NCBI GenBank assembly: GCA_964404275.1
Contig: CAYOJH010000002.1
Span: 19,042 to 83,041, forward strand
Source: an uncultured Gammaproteobacteria bacterium
GTDB lineage: Bacteria; Patescibacteriota; Patescibacteriia; SG8-24; DYFX01
DNA length: 64,000 nucleotides
Reading direction: 5' to 3'
The notes beneath the pieces are model-generated. The model saw only the letters and a list, made by a program, of their open reading frames with translations. It did not search any database and had not been told where the DNA came from. Of the stretch, positions 63,863 through 64,000 are shown piece by piece (within the stretch, counting starts at the first letter, position 1; every line of letters begins with the position of its first letter). Position numbers and translations under genes: made by a program.

Positions 63863-64000
63863 TCAGGCAATTCCCAAATCGCGGTCGTCATCGATGTCCG
63901 CGCGGACGTCTTCGTCCGTATCCGCGTCGACGCCCAGGTCGATGTCATCCTCGTTGCGGATGCCCGTGCCCTTGCGGGTATTTCGCCGCGCGTTATTCAT
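63863..64000 (-). CDS. 3' end of an unidentified gene with an acidic C-terminus (5' end outside the window)
   Basis: In-frame ...GIRNEDDIDLGVDADTDEDVRADIDDDRDLGIA-stop, with the stop at 63863-63865. Confidence 0.3.
   Translation of the reverse strand: MNNARRNTRKGTGIRNEDDIDLGVDADTDEDVRADIDDDRDLGIA

Overview
This window is a 64 kb high-GC bacterial chromosomal segment. It is densely packed with about 70 protein-coding genes and contains no rRNA or tRNA genes, CRISPR arrays, transposases, integrases or phage genes.

Housekeeping content I can support from the sequence:
- hpf and secA, then later secD and secF.
- A ribosomal alpha operon: infA, rpmJ (found by reading; below the ORF-track cutoff), rpsM, rpsK, rpsD, rpoA, rplQ, rplM, rpsI.
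- alaS, rlmN, mnmA, def, fmt, pgi, murB and an htrA-type protease.

Two surface-polysaccharide regions:
- 500-6259: a WbaP-type sugar transferase, GT4, a Wzx-like flippase and gmd.
- 45448-51073: a flippase, GT4, two GT2 genes and a Wzy/O-antigen-ligase-like gene.

A Kdo (3-deoxy-manno-octulosonate) cluster at 10799-15532: kdsB, a histidine phosphatase, kdsD and kdsA, then an unclassified GT-B-like protein.

A cell-envelope cluster at 53546-61424: a secreted repeat protein, HtrA, a TIM-barrel GH-like protein, a lytic-transglycosylase-domain protein and an 876-aa G8/beta-helix secreted protein.

Plus an ECF sigma factor, a DUF5667 anti-sigma, an L,D-transpeptidase and an HD phosphohydrolase operon at 27308-30588.

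What looks most unusual:
1. A translationally coupled pair immediately downstream of secDF: a single-pass membrane protein followed by a soluble VirD4/TrwB-like (FtsK/HerA superfamily) P-loop ATPase carrying a C-terminal CxxC...CxxC zinc ribbon and a roughly 125-aa proline-rich tail. No other type IV secretion or relaxase genes are in the window. This is the best candidate for an undescribed membrane-associated translocation system.
2. SecD carries a complete parvulin-type PPIase domain inserted in its periplasmic head.
3. RpoA lacks the alpha-CTD and ends in a charged low-complexity tail, and AlaRS lacks the C-Ala domain.
4. Two tandem paralogous roughly 117-aa genes overlap by GTGA.
5. A dNK-like kinase sits next to an NT5C-like HAD nucleotidase.
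6. A C39-like papain-fold peptidase has an unknown N-terminal domain.
7. infA has duplicated promoters, and alaS and the G8 gene appear leaderless.

Many long ORFs in the six-frame track are antisense or out-of-frame artefacts of the high GC content and were rejected.

Lineage is uncertain. The hpf-secA synteny, DUF5667 anti-sigma, short RpoA and short AlaRS are reminiscent of reduced-genome or Gram-positive-like lineages (possibly a high-GC Patescibacteria/CPR member), but a complete Kdo pathway is also present.
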